Source: Planctomycetota bacterium
GTDB taxonomy: Bacteria > Planctomycetota > PLA2 > JAEUHO01
NCBI GenBank assembly: GCA_965223505.1
Contig: CBDCWP010000040.1
Location: 1 to 64,000 of the forward strand
Length of the DNA stretch: 64,000 nucleotides
Direction of reading: 5' to 3'
Part shown: positions 47,984 to 56,425 of the stretch, in pieces
Layout: every line of letters starts with the position of its first letter
How positions within the stretch are numbered: position 1 is the first letter of the stretch
Translations under genes and position numbers: made by a program
The notes under the pieces: generated by a model
Told to the model about the DNA's origin: nothing
Seen by the model: only the letters and a program-made list of their open reading frames with translations
Databases searched by the model: none

Positions 47984-49845
47984 CGCTCCTCCTTCAGTGG
48001 CTCTTCCGTGCTGAGGAACGCCGGGGACGCGAGCGTGGCCGTCGGCGCGATGCCGGCGTCGGACGGCGCCACGTTCCAGTACGCGAGCGTGCGCTCGATC
48101 ACCTCGCGCACGGACGCGGCCGCGACCTGGGCGCCGTACTTGCGGCGCTCGCGCTCCACCTTGCCCATGACGAGCACCACGACGCACGGGTCCTCGAACG
48201 GCGCGAACGCGGCGAGCGAGCAGATGTTGAAGTCGGCTCTCCCTTCGCGCTGTACGGCCGTGCCGGTCTTCGCCGCCGCCGCGTACCGCGCGCCGCGGAA
48301 CTGGTGGCGCGCCGTGCCCGCGAGCACGCACTGCCGCATGCCTTCGCGCACGACGGCGAGGTGCCTCGGATCGCACAGCCGCGGTCCCGTGCACGGACGG
48401 GGCTTTCGACGCAGGATCAACGTCGGCCGCACGACACGCGCGTCGTCGCGCGCGATCGCGGCGATGGAGCAGATGAGTTGCATCGGCGTGATCGCGAACG
48501 CGTTCCCGTACGCGGCGCGATGGGCCCACCACCACGGCCACTTGCCGTCCACGTCCGGCGCGAGTCGTCCCCCGCGCTCGTTCGGGAGGTCGATGCCGGT
48601 CGGATTCGTCAGGCCCAGGTGCAGCCAGAGGTCGCGCATGCCCTCGCGGCCGAGCCGGTGGGCGAGCTTCGCCGCGCCGGTGTTGCTGCTCTCCGCGATC
48701 AGCCGTACGACGGTGCCGCGGCCGATGAAGTGATCGTCGTGGATGTCGTGTGCCTCGCCTTCGAGCCGCGCGACAAGCGGCATGAAGATCTCCTCGTCCG
48801 CCTTGACGACACCGTGTTCCAGCGCCCACGCGACGGTGATCGGCTTGAAGACGCTGCCCACCTCGTAGCGCTCCTGGATCGCGAAGTTGAGCTTGGCCGG
48901 CTCGCGGTTGGGGTCGAACGTCGGACGGTTCGCCAACGCGAGCACCTCGCCGGTGCGCGGATCGAGCACGATGCCGCACAACTGCACGGGCGCCGTGTCG
49001 CCCACGACGCGGTCGAGCGCGGCTTCCATGAAGTGCTGGATGACGAGATCGATCGTCAGGCGCACGTCGCCGCCGCGCGTGCTCGACCGGTCCATGTCGC
49101 CGTTCGCGGCCATCAAGCGCCGGCGCCCGTCGCGAAACACCGGAATCGTCGCGCGCTTGCCGGAGAGGAAGCCGTTGTAGCGGCCCTCGATGCCGACACG
49201 ACCGGCGGAGACGTCGTACGGAACCTCGCCCACGACGTGCGCGGCGTAGGTCTCGTTGGGGTACGAGCGGATCTCCTCGCGCTCGACGCGGATCCCGAAC
49301 AGCCCGCGGCGGTGAAGCTGCGTGTCGGACAGCATGCTCACCACGTCGAGCCGGTCGATGAGCAGCGGGTCCTCGATGTGCTTTCGCAGGACCTTGTAGC
49401 GGCGAACGGGCTTGCCGTTCTTCGCGGCGACCGCTCGCTCGTGCTCGATGCGTTCGCGAATCTGCCACGGCGCAGGGTCGCCGCCGAGCACGGCGGACGC
49501 CTGGAGCGCGAAGACGCGTACGTCCTTGATGACGCTCGGATGCGGGTCGACCCACACCAACCGCGCGGGCCGGCTGTTGGCGAGCGGCCAGCCACCGCGG
49601 TCCAGAATGCTTCCGCGCCGTGCCTGGAACTCGAAATTCGACGTGTGCCGGCGGTCGGCCTGCTGCCGGTAGCCGTCGCCTTCGACGATCTGCAGCTTGG
49701 CAAGGCGGCCGAGCAGCAACGCGAAGAGCACCAGGAGCGTGCCGAACACGAAGTTCGTTCGGAACCGCCGGACGGCCTCCAGCGTGCGGCGCAGCTGCCA
49801 CGGCGGAACCGTGCGCGGGACGTGGGTGACGGCGCGGCGCTTCAT
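47980..49845 (-). CDS. ftsI: Class B penicillin-binding protein (FtsI-like transpeptidase)
   Basis: Single TM, RGSILDR, RSYP, LTID..IQ, SxxK (GSVFK), SxN (SSN), KTG (AKTGTA). Canonical dcw position. Confidence 0.9.
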   Translation of the reverse strand: MKRRAVTHVPRTVPPWQLRRTLEAVRRFRTNFVFGTLLVLFALLLGRLAKLQIVEGDGYRQQADRRHTSNFEFQARRGSILDRGGWPLANSRPARLVWVDPHPSVIKDVRVFALQASAVLGGDPAPWQIRERIEHERAVAAKNGKPVRRYKVLRKHIEDPLLIDRLDVVSMLSDTQLHRRGLFGIRVEREEIRSYPNETYAAHVVGEVPYDVSAGRVGIEGRYNGFLSGKRATIPVFRDGRRRLMAANGDMDRSSTRGGDVRLTIDLVIQHFMEAALDRVVGDTAPVQLCGIVLDPRTGEVLALANRPTFDPNREPAKLNFAIQERYEVGSVFKPITVAWALEHGVVKADEEIFMPLVARLEGEAHDIHDDHFIGRGTVVRLIAESSNTGAAKLAHRLGREGMRDLWLHLGLTNPTGIDLPNERGGRLAPDVDGKWPWWWAHRAAYGNAFAITPMQLICSIAAIARDDARVVRPTLILRRKPRPCTGPRLCDPRHLAVVREGMRQCVLAGTARHQFRGARYAAAAKTGTAVQREGRADFNICSLAAFAPFEDPCVVVLVMGKVERERRKYGAQVAAASVREVIERTLAYWNVAPSDAGIAPTATLASPAFLSTEEPLKEER

Positions 49846-50192
49846 CGATCGCCTCCCTCGTCACCGAGCACGCGGAACACGTGGCGGCCCTGGGGCGCGA
49901 AGTCGCGCGGCGCCTTGTCGTGCGGATCGATCGTCGGCATGAAGTTCGGGAACGGATCCGATGGATCGCAGACGTCGCACTCGCGATCCCACTCCTCGAG
50001 CAGGTAACGCGGCGTGAGCGTCGCCGCGATGTCGGCGTCGATCTCGCGCAGCTGGCGCTCCAACGAGTCGCGCCGACGTTCCACCTCCAGCACGCGATAC
50101 CGCAGACGGCAGACCTCGCTGTGCTCGCATACGGCAACGAGCGCGACCGCTACGACGGCCAGCAACACCGCGATGGTCGTTACGACGTTCAC
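49842..50192 (-). CDS. ftsL: FtsL-like bitopic coiled-coil protein
   Basis: TM followed by a heptad coiled coil (LRYRVLEVERRRDSLERQLREIDADIAATLTPRYL). Lies between rsmH and ftsI with 4-bp overlaps on both sides. Confidence 0.6.
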   Translation of the reverse strand: MNVVTTIAVLLAVVAVALVAVCEHSEVCRLRYRVLEVERRRDSLERQLREIDADIAATLTPRYLLEEWDRECDVCDPSDPFPNFMPTIDPHDKAPRDFAPQGRHVFRVLGDEGGDR

Positions 50193-51112
50193 CGTTTTCC
50201 TTCGTCCTCATCCTTCGCGCGCTCGAACGCGCGCAGTCGCGCGGGGCGGGCCCGCGGATTGCGTTTCACCTCCGCTTCCGTCGGCCGGATTGGTTTCTTG
50301 GTCAGGATGGTCCCGAGGCGGTCGCGCTTCGCTTCGCGAAACGCCGCCTTGACCTCGCGCTCCTCACCGCTGTGGAAGCAGATGACGACGAGGCGCCCCC
50401 CCGGCGCCAACGCGCGCACCGCCGCGCGCAGCCCGCGCCGCAGGTGCGCGATCTCCTCGTTCACCGCCATGCGCAACCCCTGCAGGCTGCGCGTGGCCGC
50501 GTCGATGCGCCGAACACGCAGCGCCGCGGAGCGAATGACGTCGGCGAGCTGCCCCGCCGAGCGGATGGGACGCGCCCGCACGATCGCGCGCGCGACGGCG
50601 CGCGCACGCGGCTCCTCGCCGAGCTCGTGCAAGATGTCGGCGAGCTCACGCTCCGACGCGTGGTTCACCAGATCGCTTGCCGAGCGCGACGCGTCCGTTG
50701 GATCGAAGCGCATGTCGGGCACCGCGTCCTCGAATCGAAACGAGAACCCGCGGCTCTCGTCGTCGAGCTGCATCGACGACAACCCGAGATCGAGCAGCAC
50801 CCCCACTGCGCTGTCGATCCCCATCGACTCGAGCACGGACGCAAGGTCCGCGTACGACTGATGGGCGAGCGTCGCGCGCGCTCCGAACGGCTCGAGCGTT
50901 CGCTTCGCGATGTCGAGCGCTTGCGGGTCGCGGTCGAGCCCGAGCAGCGTCACGCCCGGCGCGGCCTCGAGGATCGCGGTCGCATGACCGCCCGCCCCGA
51001 CCGTGCCGTCGACCACGAGGCCCCCGGCGGTCGCCGCGTTCCCGGCGAAGAGATGCAGGAGCACCTCCTCGACCAATACCGGCTGATGGAACTGGAAAAG
51101 ATCGTCCGTCAC
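50189..51112 (-). CDS. rsmH: 16S rRNA m4C1402 methyltransferase RsmH (MraW)
   Basis: HQPVL, DGTVGAGGH, GLDRD, DLGLSSMQLD...RGFSF, DMR, QGLRMAVNEE, FHSGE, NPRAR.ARLR. Confidence 0.96.
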   Translation of the reverse strand: MTDDLFQFHQPVLVEEVLLHLFAGNAATAGGLVVDGTVGAGGHATAILEAAPGVTLLGLDRDPQALDIAKRTLEPFGARATLAHQSYADLASVLESMGIDSAVGVLLDLGLSSMQLDDESRGFSFRFEDAVPDMRFDPTDASRSASDLVNHASERELADILHELGEEPRARAVARAIVRARPIRSAGQLADVIRSAALRVRRIDAATRSLQGLRMAVNEEIAHLRRGLRAAVRALAPGGRLVVICFHSGEEREVKAAFREAKRDRLGTILTKKPIRPTEAEVKRNPRARPARLRAFERAKDEDEGKR

Positions 51113-51128
51113 CGGGCCTGCGCCCGGC

Positions 51129-51560
51129 TCACTCGCCCCGACCCCCGGGTCCGTCCGGGGAGGCGCCGTCGCCGACGCTGCGCTCCCATCCGTCCGGATC
51201 CCAAAGCTCCAGGTAGTCCGCCATGCCCGCGACGCGCACCTGCCCGCCCGGGAAGTACTTCTTGATCCAGCGCTTGGGGATGCTGATGCGGCCGGGCCCC
51301 TTGATCTCGACCTCCTCGGCGGTCTGGAAGAAGACGCGCCGGTTCTGCTGGCTCCCCTTGAAGCGGTCCGGCGCGTGCTCCGCCGCCATGCGCTCGAACT
51401 TCGCGGCCGGATAGGCTTCCAAGCACGGCATCTCGTCGCTGGGCACGAGATACAGCCGTCCCTGGCTCTCGGCCTGGATCACGGCGGCGATCGGCGCAGG
51501 GATCACGATGCGATCCTTGTTGTCGATCTTGCGATCGCGAATGCCGGTGAAGAGCGCCAT
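51129..51560 (-). CDS. mraZ: Division/cell wall cluster regulator MraZ
   Basis: FTG....IDNKDRIVIPA, second repeat GRISIP, G..DYLELW. First gene of the dcw cluster. Confidence 0.88.
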   Translation of the reverse strand: MALFTGIRDRKIDNKDRIVIPAPIAAVIQAESQGRLYLVPSDEMPCLEAYPAAKFERMAAEHAPDRFKGSQQNRRVFFQTAEEVEIKGPGRISIPKRWIKKYFPGGQVRVAGMADYLELWDPDGWERSVGDGASPDGPGGRGE

Positions 51561-51659
51561 GGACCAGACCCTTGCTTTCGGCCCGAAACGAGCCGATTCC
51601 CCCCGAAGGCGCCCTCGCGGCCCTGCCCGGACCGATCCCTGCCCTTCAGGAACCGGAGA

Positions 51660-51686
51660 TTACACTTTCTTACACCAGGTGACAAC
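51660..51686 (-). promoter_or_regulatory. Putative MraZ-binding direct repeats
   Basis: Minus strand GTTGTCA-CCTG-GTGTAA-GAAA-GTGTAA: GTGT-type boxes at 10-bp period, about 100 bp upstream of mraZ. Confidence 0.5.
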
Positions 51687-52014
51687 GGGGAATTCATCGC
51701 CAGATTTGCGTTCGTAAATATCTGCATGCAAACAACTTGCGCACAGCAAACAGAAACCCGACAACGGCAAATGACACCTCAGCGGCGTGGAAATTCGGTG
51801 GAGAACGCTTCGGAAGTTGCTTCGACGAGCCGACTTATGCTCTTTCGCCGCGCACAGAGCGGCCACGGTGCGACCTGACGCCGGCCGTCTGTTCGCCCCC
51901 GGTCGAGCGCCGTCGCCGAGCCCCGAAGGCGATCCACAAGCGACGAGCGCGGGGGTGGGGCCATTCCGCCGTCCCCCGGCGCCCGGAGCGTACGATCTGC
52001 GCCGCGCGTTGCGC

Positions 52015-52125
52015 GAAGGACGGTCACGCCCCAGGGGGTCGGCGACCTCGAACCGGGTCAGGTCCGGAAGGAAGCAGCCCTAAGGGGCCCCGTTCGATGT
52101 CCTTGGGTCACCGTGACCGTCCTTC
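52015..52125 (+). ncRNA. ffs: Signal recognition particle RNA (small bacterial type)
   Basis: Conserved GGGTCAGGTCCGGAAGGAAGCAGCCC. Terminal helix GAAGGACGGTCACG / CGTGACCGTCCTTC. TACGAT -10-like hexamer at 51991. Confidence 0.95.
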
Positions 52126-52452
52126 TCGGAACGCGTTCGAACGCGCGGGATGCTCGGTCTGGCTTTGCCATCCGCTCCTCGCGTGGCAGTTCTTTACGCC
52201 CCGCCTCTCGGACCTCGCCGGCTCGGTCCTCGGATCGCTTCGCGCTCATCGGCGGCGAAGGTAGCAAGGATGGCTACGCCATACCGTCGCCCCCGCACGC
52301 CGAACGCGTCCCGGACGGGCCTGAGCAGGAACGACGCATTGAGACAGGAACGCGCGCCGGCTCGTCGCCCCGCGCACCGTTGGGGGCGCGAACCACTGGT
52401 CATTCCAACGCTTCGATCCCTTGTGATCGCAGTCAGAGCGAAGACGCCCGAG

Positions 52453-54219
52453 TCAGTAACCGAGGAGGTTGCCGCGCATCTTGCCCGCGCGCACGAAGTC
52501 CCTTGCGACACGCGCCCCCTGCACGAGACGCCGCTCCTTCAACGGATGACAGAGGAATCGCACCGTCGCCGTCAACGGAAGCTCCGACGGCAAGCCCGTC
52601 GTGATCAACGGATCGTCCCGCAACGCATCCGCCACACGAATCGCCGCCATCACCGTCTTGATGTGATGCGCCACGAAGATCGGTAGCGCCAACCGGCCGT
52701 TCACGCACGACGTCTTCAACGCCGACACCAGCTCGGACGTGCGCCCCCCCGCCATCCGTCGCGCGGCTTCGACGCCCGCAGCAGGATCCGCGACCTGTAT
52801 CGCACGCAACAGCGTTTCCGCGTCGGCGTCGGTCCCCGCCCCCACCGGCGACAGCTCGTCGCGGTCCTCCGCCGCGAGATCGAGCGGCTGCGTGTGCTGC
52901 GTGAACCGCGCGCTATGGAACAAGCCACGCAGCGCCTTCGGACTCGGATGCCGCAGGAGCGACTCGCGCACCGCGTCCGCATGCGTAAGCATGTGCGTGA
53001 CGTGCAGCCACCCTTCGCTGACCGTCTCGTCCGCCTGGATGCCGGGGTCGAAGCGCGCAACGCGCTCCGACGCAGCCGCGGCCAACGCCAGCGCGACCCG
53101 ATCCGGCGCGATCCGCTCCTCGAGGGCCGCTTCGACCGCATGGAGGGCATCCCGCAGCTCGCCGTCGAGCGCCGCGTCGACCAGCCATCGCGCGTCCCAC
53201 GCATCGCGGCTCGTCGCGTTCTCGTGCCACTCGTCGAGGCGCTCCAGACTCGGCTCCATCGCGGTGTTGAAGGCGCGCATGTACGGCAACGTGTCCTCGC
53301 GCGTCGCCGTCACGATGCCGGAGATCAAGGACGTCAAGACCGGGTGGGCGTGCTCCCACCCGATGAGTTGCAACAGCTCCTCCGCCTTGATGGTGTAGAT
53401 CTGCTCGTGGCCGTAGCTCAGGAAGTGGTCGGTTGCGAGGCGCGTCAACCAGTCGAAGACCACCTCGGGGCCGGCGCCGGCCTCGAGCGCGCCGCGAAAC
53501 AACGACTGCGCGTCCGCCTGCCGCTCGTCCTCCACGAGCTGCACGAGTCGCTCGCCGAGCAGGGCCCAGTCCGGCGCCTCGTCGGGCGGCTGCGCGTCGG
53601 CAAACTGCTGCTCCTCACGCCGGGCGTGCGGTTGAACGAGTGTGTGGACGGCCTCCATCAAGGGCTCGCGCGCAGCGTCACCGAAGTGATCGAAGAGCGC
53701 CGCGTAGTCCGCCGCCGCGGCCTGGCCGTGATCGAATCCGTACAGCGCGTGCCGCGCGGCCCAGTCACACGCGAAGCCGAGCACCTGCGCCGGCGTGCGT
53801 CCAAGCACCAACATGCGCTCGACGTCGCGCGCGGCATGCCCGAAGTCCTGTTCGTTGAAGGCGCGGTCGAGGCCCGCTTCGAGCTTCGGAAGCTGCGTCT
53901 CGGGCGGCGGCTCGGACAGATTCAAGTACACGTCGTCGTCGTTCAGACGAACCTCGTAGGCGCGGACGTCCTCACCGCCCATCACGCAGGCGCCGTCGCG
54001 CAGCCGGAACTTCCAGTTGTGCCAGGCGCAGGTGAGCGCGCCGTCCTTCACGTATCCCTGACGCAACGGATAGCCCTCGTGGGGACAGCGGTTGTCGATG
54101 GCCCGTACGGTGCCGCCCGACTCGCGGATGAGCAGGATCTGGTGCGAACCCTCCCGCACCGTGGCCATGCCGCCCCGCGGAAGCTCCTTCAGGCTGAGAA
54201 CCCGGGTCCAATCCGCCAT
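52453..54219 (-). CDS. Rieske [2Fe-2S] domain protein with long alpha-helical C-terminal region
   Basis: NRCPHEGYPL...LTCAWHNWKF (CxH...CxxH), followed by ~480 aa with several His-containing motifs. Confidence 0.85.
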   Translation of the reverse strand: MADWTRVLSLKELPRGGMATVREGSHQILLIRESGGTVRAIDNRCPHEGYPLRQGYVKDGALTCAWHNWKFRLRDGACVMGGEDVRAYEVRLNDDDVYLNLSEPPPETQLPKLEAGLDRAFNEQDFGHAARDVERMLVLGRTPAQVLGFACDWAARHALYGFDHGQAAAADYAALFDHFGDAAREPLMEAVHTLVQPHARREEQQFADAQPPDEAPDWALLGERLVQLVEDERQADAQSLFRGALEAGAGPEVVFDWLTRLATDHFLSYGHEQIYTIKAEELLQLIGWEHAHPVLTSLISGIVTATREDTLPYMRAFNTAMEPSLERLDEWHENATSRDAWDARWLVDAALDGELRDALHAVEAALEERIAPDRVALALAAAASERVARFDPGIQADETVSEGWLHVTHMLTHADAVRESLLRHPSPKALRGLFHSARFTQHTQPLDLAAEDRDELSPVGAGTDADAETLLRAIQVADPAAGVEAARRMAGGRTSELVSALKTSCVNGRLALPIFVAHHIKTVMAAIRVADALRDDPLITTGLPSELPLTATVRFLCHPLKERRLVQGARVARDFVRAGKMRGNLLGY

Positions 54220-54346
54220 GACGACTCCTCGACCTCGAGATTCTAGATCCGGCGCAGATCACGTGTCCGATCGCCCGAAATCTAGCATTTGAAAAGTTAT
54301 AACTATATTTATATAGCCCGGGCGCATAAATCAAGTGTAATATTTC

Positions 54347-54359
54347 CAAACCCTTGATT
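54347..54359 (-). promoter_or_regulatory. IHF-consensus site in AT-rich divergent promoter region
   Basis: Minus strand AATCAAGGGTTTG fits WATCAANNNNTTR exactly and lies next to an AT-rich tract. Confidence 0.4.
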
Positions 54360-54597
54360 CCAGCATGTTCACCGGATTCGACGCGGGTCTGAGACCGGGT
54401 TCTGCTTGAGAACGGACGCCTACGTTGCCGAAGGGGAGTCGCTGCTTTCGGACCGACCGAACGCCGTGCTGGAGGGCGCTGGTGGTCGCGCGGGGCCGGA
54501 CGCGGCATGAAAGCCAGATGCCGGCACGCCGTGCCGGGGCGTTCCCCGCTGACGCCCCGGGCCCCACGCGACGTGCTCGGCGAAGGAGGACCCCCCT

Positions 54598-55101
54598 ATG
54601 ACGCGCCGAAAGTTCGTCGCCGCAGCCGCTGTGTGCTTGGTCAGCGCACTGGCGGTACCCGCTCCTGCCAATGCGAAAACCACGAGCAGCGGTCAGCTCG
54701 CACCCGACATCGCGATCTCCCACGGATTCAACGGCATCAGCGCCAACGCTTCCCTCAAGGCGTGGCGTGGCACACCCGTCGTGATCAAGTTCTGGAGCCC
54801 GCGCTGTCCGCCGTGCCGCAAGCAGTTGCCCTCGTTGGAGAAGCTCCACAAGCGCTACAAGGCCAAGGGCCTTCACGTCGTCGCAATCTCGCTGGGCAAC
54901 AACGACCGCTCGAAGAAGTACATCGAGCAGAAGGGCCTGACCTTCCCCGTCGGCGTCGACGGTCGGAAGACGACGAGCTCGCGCTACGGCGTGCGCGCGA
55001 TTCCTGCGACGTTCCTCGTCGGGTGCGACGGCCGCCTGCGTGCCATCAACGGCTCGCTCGAGGACGCCGTGCGCAAGGAGCTCAAGCGCAAGAAGAAGTA
55101 G
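54598..55101 (+). CDS. TlpA/ResA-like exported thiol-disulfide oxidoreductase
   Basis: AAGGAGG RBS, Tat-like TRRKFV signal, APD, FWSPRCPPC (CxxC), YGVRAIP.TFLV. Confidence 0.88.
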   Translation: MTRRKFVAAAAVCLVSALAVPAPANAKTTSSGQLAPDIAISHGFNGISANASLKAWRGTPVVIKFWSPRCPPCRKQLPSLEKLHKRYKAKGLHVVAISLGNNDRSKKYIEQKGLTFPVGVDGRKTTSSRYGVRAIPATFLVGCDGRLRAINGSLEDAVRKELKRKKK

Positions 55102-55153
55102 AGCAGCGGCGGTCCGTCGGGGCGGCCGTCGCGGGCGCCCGTGATCCCCTGGC

Positions 55154-56218
55154 CTACGGCTGACCGCAGCCTTTCTTCAGCTGCTTCAGCCCTTCGCCCG
55201 GGCCCACGCTGACCAGCGTGTCGCCGGCCTTGATGACGACGTCGGGACCGGGATTGAACGCCGACTCCCCGTTCTCCTCGACGACCGCGACGACCATCAC
55301 GCCGAAGTCGCGACGAATCGGTGAGTCCTTCAGCGCGACGCCGTCCAGCGGTGAGCCCTTTTCGATCAGCACCTCTTCCATGCGGACACCGGCCGCCGTA
55401 CCGCTCTCCTCGCCGGCGCGCACGAGGTTGACCACGTTGGCGACGTGCGGCGTGAGGATCTGCCGCGCCATGTGTGTGGCGCCGATCGTGTAGGGCGAAA
55501 CGACGTGGGTCGCGCCGGCCACCATCAGCTTGCGCTCGGCGCGGCGATCGCGGGCGATCGCGACGATCGAGATGTCCTCGCGGGTCTCGCGCGCGTTCAA
55601 GATCGCGTAGACGTTCTCGGCGTCGGTGGGCAGCGTGCAGAGCAACGCGCGGGCGTGCGCCAAACCGGCCTTCTCGAGCGTGTCCTCCTCCGTCGCGTCC
55701 GCGAGCAGCCCCAGCAGCCCGTCCTTCTCGACGTCGTTGATGACGTGCTCGTCGTGGTCGATGACGACGAGCGGTACGTCGGACTTCATGATCTCCGCGG
55801 CGGTGATCTGCCCGAACCGCCCGTATCCGCACAAGATGAGATGGTCCTTCAGCTCGTTGATTTGACGTTGCATCCTTCGTCTCCCGAGGACCTCGCGAAT
55901 CCGCCCCTCCACCAGCGCCGCGGCCAGGGACGAGATGGCGGCCGAGACGACGCACACACCGGCCACGATGTAGAAGACCGAGAAGAGACGGCCCAGCGTG
56001 GTGTCGGCCTTGTCGCTGTATCCGACGGTCGAGACCGTGATCACGGCCTGGTAGAGGGCCTCGTCGAACGTGATGTCCCCGACGACCATGTACCCGACCG
56101 TGCCGACCGTCACGACGATGAGAATCGCGATCCCGAAGAACAGCGGGCGCGACTGTCGCGCGGCCCACTCGCGCAGCGGACCGTTCGGTCCCAGCAGGTG
56201 GATCGTGCGGCGGATCAT
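55154..56218 (-). CDS. Potassium channel protein (pore + RCK TrkA-N/TrkA-C)
   Basis: Two TM segments with filter-like TVSTVGYS, Rossmann CGYGRFG, DAT....L..AG, C-terminal FNPGPD.VIKAGD. Confidence 0.9.
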   Translation of the reverse strand: MIRRTIHLLGPNGPLREWAARQSRPLFFGIAILIVVTVGTVGYMVVGDITFDEALYQAVITVSTVGYSDKADTTLGRLFSVFYIVAGVCVVSAAISSLAAALVEGRIREVLGRRRMQRQINELKDHLILCGYGRFGQITAAEIMKSDVPLVVIDHDEHVINDVEKDGLLGLLADATEEDTLEKAGLAHARALLCTLPTDAENVYAILNARETREDISIVAIARDRRAERKLMVAGATHVVSPYTIGATHMARQILTPHVANVVNLVRAGEESGTAAGVRMEEVLIEKGSPLDGVALKDSPIRRDFGVMVVAVVEENGESAFNPGPDVVIKAGDTLVSVGPGEGLKQLKKGCGQP

Positions 56219-56263
56219 CTACGCGAAGTATGAACCGAACGGCGCACACCCGGAAGCCGAAGA

Positions 56264-56353
56264 TGGCGGAGAGGACAGGATTCGAACCTGCGATACCGTT
56301 TCCGGTATACGCGCTTTCCAAGCGCGCGCCTTCGACCACTCGGCCACCTCTCC
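56264..56353 (-). tRNA. tRNA-Ser(GGA)
   Basis: GGAGAGG...CCTCTCCGCCA acceptor stem with CCA, anticodon arm CGCGC-TTGGAAA-GCGCG, long variable arm, GGTTCGAATCC T-arm. Confidence 0.97.
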
Positions 56354-56425
56354 GCGCCACGGATGTCTGCGGAAGGATAGCGCCCAATCCCCGGGTCGCC
56401 CCGTTCGGATCGCGCCGGGGGCGCG

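Noticed and set aside
46457..50137. 1226-aa ORF suggesting an FtsI-MurE fusion
   Set aside because: The N-terminal 718 aa are an off-frame overlap of ftsL/ftsI. MurE starts at the GTG at 47983 after an AGGAG RBS.
54290..54345. Canonical dif site or oriC
   Set aside because: GGGCGCATAA resembles a XerC arm but no TTATGTTAAAT-like arm follows at 6 bp, and I saw no DnaA-box cluster. Kept only as an unexplained AT-rich island.
54230..56353. Genomic island integrated at tRNA-Ser
   Set aside because: No integrase and no convincing duplicate of the tRNA 3' end; only an 8-bp TCGAATCC match near 54375.
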